Source of the DNA: an uncultured Acidimicrobiales bacterium
GTDB taxonomy: Bacteria > Actinomycetota > Acidimicrobiia > Acidimicrobiales > Aldehydirespiratoraceae
Length of the DNA stretch: 64,000 nt
Assembly: GCA_958296055.1 (NCBI GenBank)
Contig: CATQHS010000001.1
Span: forward strand, 3,124,277 to 3,188,276
Direction of reading: 5' to 3'
A program made the translations under genes and the position numbers. Shown piece by piece: positions 9,553 to 18,553 of the stretch (the stretch's first letter is position 1; every line of letters begins with the position of its first letter). The notes beneath the pieces are model-generated. The model had not been told where the DNA came from. It ran no database searches and was given only the letters and a program-made list of their open reading frames with translations.

Positions 9553-10707
9553 ATGGACCTGACTTGGAGCGATGAGCAGCGGGCGTTTCGGGCCGAGCTG
9601 AGGGACTGGCTGGAACCGAATCTGGCCGAGTGGCGCCAACAGATCGGCGGGTCCGAGTTCTCCGGGGACACCCGCCAGGGGGTAGCCCAGCAGTTGGCGT
9701 GGGAGCGCCGCCTGTACGCGGCGGGCTGGTCGGCGGTGTGGTGGCCCCGCCGGTACGGGGGCCGCGACGGCACCCTCTGGGACTGGCTGATCTTCGAGGA
9801 GGAGTACTGGCGGGCCGGCGCCCCCCAGCGGGTCACCCAGAACGGGATACAGATCCTGGCCCCCGCCCTGTTCGAGCTGGGCACGCCCGCCCAGCGCGAC
9901 GCCGTCCTGCCCCGGATGGCCGCGGCCGCCGACCTGTGGTGCCAGGGCTGGTCCGAGCCGGGAGCGGGCAGCGACCTGGCCGCGGTGGCCAGCCGGGCCC
10001 GGGCGGTCGACGGGGGCTGGGTGCTGGACGGCCAGAAGACCTGGACCACCCGGGGCGCGTTCTGCACCCACCTGTTCGGCCTGTTCCGGTCCGACCCCGA
10101 CTCCCAGCGCCACCGGGGCCTGACCTACCTGCTGGTCCCCCTGGACCTCGACGGGATCACCGTGCGGGGATTCGGCCGCCTCGACGGCGACGAGGGCTTC
10201 GCCGAGGTGTTCTTCGACGGGGCCTTCCTGCCCGACGACGCGGTGGGGGGCGGGGTGGTGCTGGGCGAGCCGGGCCGGGGCTGGGACGCGGTGATCGCCA
10301 CCGCTGGCGCCGAGCGGGGGCTGCTGCGCTCTCCGGGCCGCTACCAGGCCACCGCCTCGGCGCTGATTGAGCTGGCCGCGGCCGCGGGCGCCGACCGGCA
10401 GTCGCGGCGCCGGGCGGCCGAGGCCTGGATGAAGGCCGAGGCGTTCCGGCTCCGCACGCTGGAGACGGTCACCGTGCTGGATGAGGGCGGCGCCGTCGGC
10501 GCCGAGGCCAGCCTGGCCAAGCTGTGGTGGTCCGAGCTCGACATAGAGTTGCACGAGCTGGCCCTGGACCTGCTCGGCCCTGAGGCCGAGCTGGAGGGCC
10601 CCTGGAGCAAGGGCCACCAGTTCGCGCTGGCCGGCCCCATCTACGCCGGCACCAACGAGATCCAGCGCAACATCGTGGCCGAGCGGGTCCTGGGCCTGCC
10701 CCGGTGA
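9553..10707 (+). CDS. acyl-CoA dehydrogenase family protein
   Basis: 384 aa. N-terminus MDLTWSDEQRAFRAELRDWL, mid-domain WSEPGAGSDLAA...GQKTWTT, C-terminus YAGTNEIQRNIVAERVLGLP. Confidence 0.85.
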   Translation: MDLTWSDEQRAFRAELRDWLEPNLAEWRQQIGGSEFSGDTRQGVAQQLAWERRLYAAGWSAVWWPRRYGGRDGTLWDWLIFEEEYWRAGAPQRVTQNGIQILAPALFELGTPAQRDAVLPRMAAAADLWCQGWSEPGAGSDLAAVASRARAVDGGWVLDGQKTWTTRGAFCTHLFGLFRSDPDSQRHRGLTYLLVPLDLDGITVRGFGRLDGDEGFAEVFFDGAFLPDDAVGGGVVLGEPGRGWDAVIATAGAERGLLRSPGRYQATASALIELAAAAGADRQSRRRAAEAWMKAEAFRLRTLETVTVLDEGGAVGAEASLAKLWWSELDIELHELALDLLGPEAELEGPWSKGHQFALAGPIYAGTNEIQRNIVAERVLGLPR

Positions 10708-10767
10708 GCCGGCGTTGATGTTTCGGGCGGCGGTGAGGTCTGAGTTGGCCGGCGGGGCGAGGCGGCG

Positions 10768-11712
10768 GTGAGGTTCGGGCTTGACGGGGATCGGGTCGCC
10801 TTTCGGGACGCGGCCCGCGACCTGCTAGCCCGCCGGTGCGGGCCCGAGGTGGTGAGAGCGGCCTGGAGCGGGCCCCCCGATCCCCGGCCCTGGCAGGGGT
10901 TGACCGAGATGGGCGTGCTGTCGCTGATGGCGCCCGAGAGTTCCGGCGGCCTCGGGCTGGACGAGACCTTCCTGGCCCCGGTGATCGAGGAGGCGGGCTG
11001 GGCCGGGTTGCCCCAGCCCCTCACCGCCACCGCCTTGGTGGCCGCGCCCCTGGGCGTCGCCGACGCGATGGTGGCCACCGACTTGGGCGGCCCGCTGGTG
11101 CCCGGGGCCGGGTACGCCGAAGCGTTCTTGATGGAAACCGGCGGAGGCTTGCGGCTGTACCGGCGCGACGAGGTGGACGTAGAGCCGGTCGACACCGTGG
11201 ACCGGGCCCGCCATTGCGGCCGGGTCCGGCCGACCGGGCCCGGGGCGGCGGTGACCGCCGACCCCGCCGCCGCGGCCCGGGCCTTCGACCGGGGCGCGCT
11301 GGGAACGGCGGCGGAGCTGGTGGGCCTGGCCCGCCGGATGCTGGACCTCGCCGTAGGCCACGTGACCGAGCGGCGCCAGTTCGGCCGACCGGTGGGCAGC
11401 TTCCAGGCGGTGAAGCACCAGCTCGCCGAGGCTCGGCTCCAGATCCATTTCGCGGCGCCGGCGGTGACCTACGCCGCCTACGCGCTGGCCAACCGCCTCG
11501 AGGACGCGTCCCCGAGCGTCTCGACGGCCAAATGGCTGGCCGGCCGGGCCGCCGCCGTCTGCGGCCGGGCCGCCCTCCAGTGCCACGGGGCCATCGGCTA
11601 CACGGTCGAGGCCGACCTGCACCTCTTCCTGAAACGGTCCTGGGCCCTGACCCGCACCTGGGGCGACGGCGACCACCACGCCGACCGGGTCGCCTCCGCC
11701 CTCGGGCTCTGA
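10768..11712 (+). CDS. acyl-CoA dehydrogenase family protein (shorter partner subunit type)
   Basis: 314 aa. Contains ERRQFGRPVGSFQAVKHQLAEA and LQCHGAIGYTVEADLHLFLKRSW. The N-terminal half is shorter than in a canonical ACAD. Confidence 0.75.
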   Translation: MRFGLDGDRVAFRDAARDLLARRCGPEVVRAAWSGPPDPRPWQGLTEMGVLSLMAPESSGGLGLDETFLAPVIEEAGWAGLPQPLTATALVAAPLGVADAMVATDLGGPLVPGAGYAEAFLMETGGGLRLYRRDEVDVEPVDTVDRARHCGRVRPTGPGAAVTADPAAAARAFDRGALGTAAELVGLARRMLDLAVGHVTERRQFGRPVGSFQAVKHQLAEARLQIHFAAPAVTYAAYALANRLEDASPSVSTAKWLAGRAAAVCGRAALQCHGAIGYTVEADLHLFLKRSWALTRTWGDGDHHADRVASALGL

Positions 11713-11763
11713 GCGCGACAACCCTGCCGTTGGTAGTGTTGAGATTTCCCATGATTGAAGCTG

Positions 11764-11820
11764 ATGTTGGTTTCGGCGGTTGTTACCGTGTGCTTCCCCG
11801 ACGGGGGGGGGGGGGCGTAG
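11764..11820 (+). other. upstream mini-ORF (MLVSAVVTVCFPDGGGGA*) copying the first 7 codons of the downstream gene and containing the G13 tract
   Basis: A 27-28 nt direct repeat (11757-11783 and 11831-11857) duplicates the start region. The reading frame was checked by hand. No evidence of translation. Confidence 0.4.
11803..11815. repeat. G13 homopolymer tract, 22 nt upstream of the ASST-like start codon
   Basis: Read directly: ttccccgacGGGGGGGGGGGGGcgtag. Longest homopolymer I see in the window. Confidence 0.95.
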
Positions 11821-11837
11821 TAGCAGGAGTGAAGCTG

Positions 11838-13814
11838 ATGTTGGTTTCGGCGGTTGTCGCCGCGTTGGTGGTCGGGGCGGCGGTTCCGGCCGCTGCCAAC
11901 GGCGAACCGGTGCTTTCCTCGGATGCTTTTGAGGGGGCTTTCAGCGATGACGATGGCAGTGTGCATGAGCAAAGCATCGAGCGGATTGCCGAGTGGGGGA
12001 TCGATGCGGGGTGCGGGGACGGTCGGTTCTGTCCCGCCCGGGGTATAACCCGGGCTCAGATGGCGGCCTGGCTGCATGGGGCTGCCGCCCGGCTCTATGG
12101 CGCTCCTGAGTCGGTCGAAGAGATTCAATTCCTGGATGTGGCCGACGATGTCTGGTATCGGCCCTATGCCCAGTGGGCCGTGGCCAACGGCGTCATGGAC
12201 GCCACCGAGGGTAGTTTCGATCCTGACGGAGCCGTCACCCGGGCCGATGCGGCCGAGATGCTGGTCGCGGCCTTTGACCACTTGAACGCTGCCAGTTCGC
12301 TCCTAGATCTGTTCCAGGACGCGGCTGGCGTGCCGGAGGCTGTTGTTTTGGCCATAGAAGGTCTCTATCACGCTGGCGTGACCAAGGGGTGCGCGGTCGC
12401 GCCTTTGCGGTATTGCCCTGCCGAGAAGGCCACCCGAGCGGCAACGGCCTCATTGTTGGCCCGTGCCGTGCTGTTGGCCCGGGTCGGGCTTGTCGTCAAT
12501 GAACCCGAATCGGCACAAGGGTACATGCTGTTCACGCCGCGATGGGACACTGATGTGTATGGTGTGTACTTGATAGATCATCTCGGAAGAGAAGTCCATA
12601 CTTGGAACCCTGCCCGAGACGTCCTGCAGGCTAAACTGCTCACGACCGGAAATCTGATGGCCAGATTAGATCTTGGAGAATCTGTTGTTATAGCAGAAAT
12701 AGACCGGTCGGGTTTCGTCGTGTGGGAATACCCACTGCCGCGTTTGCATCACGATTTCGTCCCGTTGCCGAATGGGAATGTGCTGCTGCTTGTTGAGGCG
12801 ACAAAAACGCCAGAGGGAGCCATCGCGGCCGGTGCCAACCCGGATTTCATCTCTCCGGAGGGTTTGGATTACGATCGTCTGGTGGAGGTCAAACCTACTG
12901 GATCAAACGGCGGCGAGGTCGTGTGGGAGTGGTCGGTGTGGGATCATCTGATCCAAGATCACGACCAAGACAAAGAGAACTACGGTGCCGTAGCGGAACA
13001 TCCCGAGCGCATAGATATAAATTTCATTCTCTATCAGCTATATAACAGTGAAATGCTCGGTCCAGGAGATTGGACACACAGCAACGCGATCGATTATAAT
13101 CCCGCTCTCGACCAGATAATGTTGTCGCCTAGGCATTACGGCGAGTTGTGGGTTATCGACCATTCCATTACCACCGAAGAAGCCGCCGGTGAGAAGGGCG
13201 ATCTGTTGTACCGGTGGGGAAACCCGCGGGCGTATCGGGCCGGAACTGTATCAGATCAGCAGTTGTTCTTTGCCCACAACACCCACTGGATAGCGCCCGG
13301 ACTGCCCGGGGAGGGCAACATCTTGGTGTTCAACAACGGAAACGAGTTCCAGGGATATCAGCGCTGGTACTCATCGGCGGATGAGATCACCCCTCCCCTC
13401 GTTGACGGCGGCGTCTACTCGCGGAGGCCCGGCACCGCCTTCGGCCCGGCTCAGCCGGCTTGGACCTACACCGCCGAGAACCCCACCGACTTCTACGCCC
13501 GCTTCGCTTCGGGGGTGCAGCGGCTCCCCAACGGCAACACCCTGATCCTAGACAGCCCCTCAGGCACTGCCTTCCAAGTGACCCCGGACGGAACAACCGT
13601 TTGGAAGTATATAAACCCCGTTATCAGCACCGGCCCCATGCATCAGGGCGATGCCATACGGATGATCGGTATCCCGGCAAACTGGCAAACACCCCATGGT
13701 TCCTTTCCCACGTTAGCTAACGCCGTGTACCGCGTCGAGTGGTACCCGCCTGACCACCCGGGGCTGCAAGGACTGGACCTTACCCCGGGAGAACCCCTAG
13801 AACTGGACCGGTGA
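11838..13814 (+). CDS. secreted SLH-domain protein fused to an arylsulfotransferase (ASST)-like beta-propeller
   Basis: Signal peptide MLVSAVVAALVVGAAVPAAANG with AGGAG 8 nt upstream. Three SLH-like units follow (HEQSIERIAEWGI..., WYRPYAQWAVANGVM..., VVLAIEGLYHAGVTKG...). ASST-family hallmarks: IDRSGFVVWEY, HHDFVPLPNGNVLLL, EVVWEWSVWDHL, DWTHSNAIDYNP, PRHYGELWVIDH. The track ORF from 10836 is an upstream off-gene extension. Confidence 0.6.
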   Translation: MLVSAVVAALVVGAAVPAAANGEPVLSSDAFEGAFSDDDGSVHEQSIERIAEWGIDAGCGDGRFCPARGITRAQMAAWLHGAAARLYGAPESVEEIQFLDVADDVWYRPYAQWAVANGVMDATEGSFDPDGAVTRADAAEMLVAAFDHLNAASSLLDLFQDAAGVPEAVVLAIEGLYHAGVTKGCAVAPLRYCPAEKATRAATASLLARAVLLARVGLVVNEPESAQGYMLFTPRWDTDVYGVYLIDHLGREVHTWNPARDVLQAKLLTTGNLMARLDLGESVVIAEIDRSGFVVWEYPLPRLHHDFVPLPNGNVLLLVEATKTPEGAIAAGANPDFISPEGLDYDRLVEVKPTGSNGGEVVWEWSVWDHLIQDHDQDKENYGAVAEHPERIDINFILYQLYNSEMLGPGDWTHSNAIDYNPALDQIMLSPRHYGELWVIDHSITTEEAAGEKGDLLYRWGNPRAYRAGTVSDQQLFFAHNTHWIAPGLPGEGNILVFNNGNEFQGYQRWYSSADEITPPLVDGGVYSRRPGTAFGPAQPAWTYTAENPTDFYARFASGVQRLPNGNTLILDSPSGTAFQVTPDGTTVWKYINPVISTGPMHQGDAIRMIGIPANWQTPHGSFPTLANAVYRVEWYPPDHPGLQGLDLTPGEPLELDR

Positions 13815-13848
13815 AGAGGGCTCGACGGCGCGGAGGCCGCCGAAGCGG

Positions 13849-14412
13849 TCAGATGTCGCCGAGCCAGGCCGGGGCTCGGTCGAGCAGGAACTCGCTCACC
13901 TCGTGGGCCCGGTCCAGCACGCTGCACAGCACCTCTTGGCCCAGGTAGATGCGGGCCAGCGGCACCTCGACCCGGGAAACCATGCTGATGGCCCGCTCCG
14001 GGGCGTCGAAGACGGCGGCGAAGGAGTCCACCGCCGACACCTGAAGCGGCAACTCGGTGCCTCCGATGCCGGCCAGGTCGGTGGCCAGCACCAGCAGATC
14101 GGGCCCGGTGGGCAGAGGGGGCAGGGCGAAGCTCAGGGTCACCGGGATGGTGATGGAGGAGTCGGGCTCTTTGTCCTCGCCGGCGGCGATCACCTCGTCC
14201 TCGAAGGCGATGAGGGTCCGGGGGCTGACCTCGAGCGCCATGTGGACGTCGAGGGGGCCGTCGCAGGCCCGGTCCGGGTGCAGGTCCACCTCCCAGGTCT
14301 GGAGGTTGGAGTGGGTCTCGACGAAATGCCGCTCGTCGTGGACGTGGAAGCCGTGATCGGCCACGTGGTCCTTCAGATCGGCCACGAATCCGTGGATGTC
14401 GACGAAGATCAC
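13849..14412 (-). CDS. hypothetical acidic, His/Asp-rich protein
   Basis: 187-aa ORF with protein-like composition, unlike the Arg/Pro/Gly artefact ORFs around it. Divergent from the IMPase-family gene across a 38-bp spacer. I recognise no family. Confidence 0.5.
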   Translation of the reverse strand: MIFVDIHGFVADLKDHVADHGFHVHDERHFVETHSNLQTWEVDLHPDRACDGPLDVHMALEVSPRTLIAFEDEVIAAGEDKEPDSSITIPVTLSFALPPLPTGPDLLVLATDLAGIGGTELPLQVSAVDSFAAVFDAPERAISMVSRVEVPLARIYLGQEVLCSVLDRAHEVSEFLLDRAPAWLGDI

Positions 14413-14450
14413 CCCGACATCGTGCCACGATTCGCCCCAGAAACGGCGCG

Positions 14451-15254
14451 GTGTGGTTCACTTTCCGGGTGCCCTTTGAGGACGGCGGCGTCGGTGCCGG
14501 TTTCGGCGACCCGCTCCTCGCCGTTCTGAACGAGGCGGCCGACGCGGTGATCGACGCTTTGGCGGGCTGTGACGACTGGGGACCTTCGAACTGCCCCGGC
14601 CAGTACGCCAGCGATCTGGTGGCCGACCGGGCTGGCACGGGGGTGCTGCACGCCCGTGGGCTGCGGGTGCTGAGCGAGGAGAGCGGCCTGGACCCCGGGG
14701 ACGGGCCGGTGGCGGTGATCGACCCCATCGACGGGTCGACCAACGCCTGGCGGCGGCTTCCCTGGTACGCCACCAGCATCTGCGTCGTGGAGGGGTCCCG
14801 GGCCCTGGCCGCGGTGGTTTACGACCATGCGGCGGGGACTCGCTTCGAGGCGATCCGAGGTCGGGGGGCCCGCCGGGACGGGGCGGCCCTGCCGTGGCGG
14901 GGCGACGACCCGACGCCGTTGGCCGAGGCGGTCGTCGGGGTCAACGGCCGTCCCCCCCGGCCCGGGGGGTGGGCCCAGTTCCGGTGCTTGGGGGCGGCCG
15001 CGCTCGACCTCTGCGCGGTGGCCGAGGGCCGCCTTGACGGCTACGTCGACTTCTCGGACCGCGGCCTGGGTCCCTGGGACTACCTCGGGGCCATGCTGGT
15101 GTGCCGGGAGGCGGGCGTCGGCGTGCGGGACGGGCTCGGCCGCGGCCTGGTCACCGAGGACCCCGAGGCCCGCCGCTGGCCGGTGGCCGCCCCGGGTCCG
15201 CTGCTCGACGATCTGCTGACCGTGTTCGGCGACGCCGCGCCCGGACGGCCTTGA
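14451..15254 (+). CDS. inositol monophosphatase family protein (SuhB/HisN/CysQ-like phosphatase)
   Basis: 267 aa. Metal-binding motifs VIDPIDGSTN and WDYLGAMLVCREAG. Substrate cannot be assigned from sequence. Confidence 0.8.
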   Translation: MWFTFRVPFEDGGVGAGFGDPLLAVLNEAADAVIDALAGCDDWGPSNCPGQYASDLVADRAGTGVLHARGLRVLSEESGLDPGDGPVAVIDPIDGSTNAWRRLPWYATSICVVEGSRALAAVVYDHAAGTRFEAIRGRGARRDGAALPWRGDDPTPLAEAVVGVNGRPPRPGGWAQFRCLGAAALDLCAVAEGRLDGYVDFSDRGLGPWDYLGAMLVCREAGVGVRDGLGRGLVTEDPEARRWPVAAPGPLLDDLLTVFGDAAPGRP

Positions 15255-15272
15255 GCAGCCCTTGGGGCTGCC

Positions 15273-16660
15273 CTGTTGGTAGTGTTTTGAGGGGGCTTTC
15301 AGCGATGACGACGGCAGCGTGCATGAGCAAAGCATTGAGCGGATTGCCGGGTGGGGGATCGATGCGGGGTGCGGGTGACGGGGCCGTCACCCGGGCCGAT
15401 GCGGCCGAGATGCTGGTCGCGGCCTTCGATCACCTGAACGCTGCCAGTCTGCTCCGGGACCTGTTCCAGGACGCGGCCGGCGTGCCGGAGGATGTTGTTT
15501 TGGCCATGGAAGGCCTCTACCACGCCGGTGTGACCAAGGGGTGAATGCATGGGCTTCTGATGTATATTTGATAGCCCATCTTGGGAGAGAAGTCCATACT
15601 TGGAATTTTGCCGGATTCGTCCGGCTGGTTAAGCTGCTCGCGACCGGAAATCTTATGGTCAGATTAGGTCGTGGAGATTCTATTTCTATAGCAGAAATAG
15701 ACCGGTCGGGTTTCGTCGTGTGGGAATACCGACTGCTTGCCGGGTTATTTCATCACGATTTCGTTCCGTTGCCGAATGGGAATGTGCTGCTGCTTGTTGA
15801 GGCGACAAAAACGCCAGAGGGAGCCATCGCGGCCGGTGCCAACCCGGCTTTCATCTCTCCGGAGGGTTTGGAGTACGATTATCTGGTGGAGATCAAACCC
15901 GCGGGATCAAACGGCGGCGAGGTCGTGTGGGAGTGGTCGGTGTGGGATCATCTGATCCAAGATCACGACCCGGACAGAGATAAACTACGGTGTCGTAGCG
16001 GAACATCCCGAGCGCATAGACATTAATTTCATTCTTGAGCAGCTATACAACAGCGAATACCGCCCGCCAGATGATTGGACGCACAGCAACGCGATCGATT
16101 ATAATCCCGCCCTCGACCAGATCATGTTGTCGCCCAGGCATTACAGCGAGTTGTGGGTCATCGATCATTCCACCACCGCCGAAGAAGCCGCTGGCGAGAA
16201 AGGGGACCTGTTGTACCGGTGGGGAAACCCGCGGGCGTATCGGGCCGGAACTGTATCAGATCAGCAGTTGTTCTGGGCCCATAACACCCACTGGATAGCG
16301 CCCGGACTGCCCGGAGAGGGCAACGTCTTGGTGTTCAACAACGGAGACGAGTTCCAAGGATTACCAGCGCTGGTACTCATCGGTGGACGAGATCACCCCT
16401 GACGGCCCAAGGGCACCGCCTTCCAAGTGACCCCGGACGGAACAACCGTTTGGAAATACATAAGCCCCGTTCTCAGCACCGGCCCCGTGCATCAGGGCGA
16501 CGCCATACCGATCCTCAACACTAGGACCAGGCAGACACCCCACGGTCCCAACCACACGCTAGCAAACGCCATATATCGCGTCGAGTGGTACCCGCCTGAC
16601 TACCCCGGGCTGCAGGGACTGGACCTGACCCCCGGAAACCCCCTCGAGCTGGACCGGTGA
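15273..16660 (+). pseudogene. decayed paralogous copy of the SLH-ASST gene
   Basis: Nucleotide-level similarity to 11721-13814, starting at ccctg(ccg)ttggtagtgtt and ending at the same ctggaccggtga. The signal peptide and parts of the SLH region are deleted. The reading frame is broken into pieces (track ORFs 15541-16026, 16124-16402, 16427-16660). Confidence 0.85.
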
Positions 16661-16685
16661 AGGAGCAGCCTCTGGGAGGCGGCGT

Positions 16686-17267
16686 TCAGTTGAGGGAGAA
16701 CGGCGGGTATTGGTCGGTGAGGTAGCCGACGTAGGCGTTGAAGCGGTTTGAGACCCGCAGGTTGGAGACCACAAAACTGCGCAGCCCTCCGGGCCAACGC
16801 CCGGTGAACAGCACGGCCAAGAAGCCCAAGATCGAGCAGATCGTGGCGATGATCCCAATGACGACGACGTAGATGAAAGCCGGGATCATCAGGATGATCC
16901 TGAAGAACGCAGTGAGCCGATTGCGCCCTTCCAAGGCGGGAGAGACTGAGATTGAGGCCGGATACCCGCCCGGATCGTCGCTCACCACGTCGAAGGCGAA
17001 CGGCGGGTACTGGTCGGTGAGGAAGCCGACGTAGGCGTAGGCGCGCAGCTCGTAGCGAAGGCGCATGACCATGAAGGTGGCCAGCCCGGCCGGCAGCCTC
17101 CCGGTGAACAGGATGGCGAACCAGGCGACGATGCCCACAACCAGGGCAACCGCTTGGAGCACATTCAGGATCACCAAATGGGGTATGGCCAGGAGCCACT
17201 GGACGAGCGGCCGCCAGTTGGCGATCCGCTCAGGGGTGTCGACGGAGACGGTGACGGGGTAGTTCAT
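16686..17267 (-). CDS. DUF4389-type membrane protein (two tandem repeats)
   Basis: 193 aa with two copies of the pattern W(F)AILFTGR(L/W)P.GL..F......R..AYVG(F/Y)LTDQYPPF. Confidence 0.7.
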   Translation of the reverse strand: MNYPVTVSVDTPERIANWRPLVQWLLAIPHLVILNVLQAVALVVGIVAWFAILFTGRLPAGLATFMVMRLRYELRAYAYVGFLTDQYPPFAFDVVSDDPGGYPASISVSPALEGRNRLTAFFRIILMIPAFIYVVVIGIIATICSILGFLAVLFTGRWPGGLRSFVVSNLRVSNRFNAYVGYLTDQYPPFSLN

Positions 17268-17319
17268 GGACCGCAGCCTATCAGGGCTGGTCAGGGCCGG
17301 TAGGGTGACCAGCGTTTTC

Positions 17320-17393
17320 GGGCGCGTAGCTCAGACGGCCAGAGCACTTCCCTTACAAGGAAGGAGTCGGGGGTTCAAGTCCCTCCGCGCCCA
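17320..17393 (+). tRNA. tRNA-Val (anticodon TAC)
   Basis: Hand-folded, 74 nt: acceptor gggcgcg/cgcgccc, anticodon stem cttcc/ggaag with loop ctTACaa. Confidence 0.88.
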
Positions 17394-17407
17394 CCGGCGG
17401 GGCCCGG

Positions 17408-18541
17408 TCATGGGGCCGGATCGGCGGCCGCGGCCTCTATCCGGTCCTTCAGTTGGGCCAGGAACCGACCGGCCGCGCCGCCGTCGATGATCCGGTGGTC
17501 GAAGGTGGCGCAGACGGTGACGACCGGCGCCTCGACCGGACGGCCGCCGCGCCACTGAACTACGGGCCGGACCCTGCCGAAGGCCGCGATCATGCTGGTG
17601 CCCGTGGGGAGGATGGGGGTGCCGGCGATGATCCCCACCGCGCCGACGTTGTTGAGGGTGGCGGTGGCGCCGGCCAGTTCGCCGGGCTCGATGGTGCGGT
17701 CGCGGGCCGCGGCGGCCAGCCGCCGGATCTCCGCCGACAACTCGGGCACCGAGAGACGGTCGGCGCCCCTCACCACCGGCACCAACAGCCCGTCGGGAGC
17801 GTCGACGGCCACGCCGATGTGGTAGCGGTCGCAGTACACGATCTCGTCGCCGTCGAGCCGGGCGTTCATGACGGGATGGTCCTTCAGCACCGGCACCAGC
17901 CGCGCGGTCAGCACCGCGTCGAGCACCACCGGCGAGCCGGACCGCTCGGCCGCGGCCGACCGGGCCGCCAGCAGGCCGGCGGCGTCGGCCTCCACCATGG
18001 CCGTGAACTGGGGGATGGTCCTCACCGACTCGGTCAGATGGCGGGCGACGGAGCGGCGCCGGGCGGACAGGCGCTCCCGCCGCTCTCCGCTCGGGCGGGC
18101 TGCGGCTTCCAGGTCGGCGGCGGTGACCGAGCCGCCGGGCCCGGTGCCGGCCACTGCGGCCAGATCGATGGACTGCGCCCGGGCCATCCTGCGCACCCCG
18201 GGCATCGCCCTCGGCGCCGAGGCGCCGACCGGCGGGGCCGGGCCCGGTTCGGCGGCGGCGTCGGTCTCGGTTCGGGCGTCCGCCGGGGCTGGGGCCTCCT
18301 CGCCAGGTGAGCCGACCACGATCAGGGGCTGGCCCACCGCGATCACGTCGCCGGGCTCGCCCCCCAGCGCCAGCACCGTGCCCCGGTAGGGGGTGGTCAT
18401 CTCCACTACCGACTTGTCGGTCTCGATCGAGCAGATGGGCTGGTCCAGGGCCACTTCGTCGCCCACGGCCACCAGCCACTCGACGATCTCGGCCTCGACC
18501 ATGGTGTCGCCCACCGCCGGGAGTTCGAACACGGAAGCCAC
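17408..18541 (-). CDS. 2-oxoacid dehydrogenase E2 component (dihydrolipoamide acyltransferase)
   Basis: Lipoyl domain with SIETDKSVVEM, an Ala/Pro linker, a subunit-binding region, and a catalytic domain ending in ATFDHRIIDGGAAGRFL. Confidence 0.88.
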   Translation of the reverse strand: MASVFELPAVGDTMVEAEIVEWLVAVGDEVALDQPICSIETDKSVVEMTTPYRGTVLALGGEPGDVIAVGQPLIVVGSPGEEAPAPADARTETDAAAEPGPAPPVGASAPRAMPGVRRMARAQSIDLAAVAGTGPGGSVTAADLEAAARPSGERRERLSARRRSVARHLTESVRTIPQFTAMVEADAAGLLAARSAAAERSGSPVVLDAVLTARLVPVLKDHPVMNARLDGDEIVYCDRYHIGVAVDAPDGLLVPVVRGADRLSVPELSAEIRRLAAAARDRTIEPGELAGATATLNNVGAVGIIAGTPILPTGTSMIAAFGRVRPVVQWRGGRPVEAPVVTVCATFDHRIIDGGAAGRFLAQLKDRIEAAAADPAP

Positions 18542-18553
18542 GCCCGGCCCCTC

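Noticed and set aside
8046-10067. 673-aa minus-strand ORF spanning the sat/cysC and ACAD genes
   Set aside because: It is antisense to two genes with strong motif support. Its Arg/Pro/Gly/Ala-dominated composition with no recognisable motifs is typical of open antisense frames in ~70% GC DNA.
10836-11837. Upstream 334 codons of the 992-aa track ORF ending at 13814
   Set aside because: This part overlaps the second ACAD gene in another frame and is Arg/Gly/Pro-rich. A signal peptide with an AGGAG RBS begins at 11838, so the real gene starts there.
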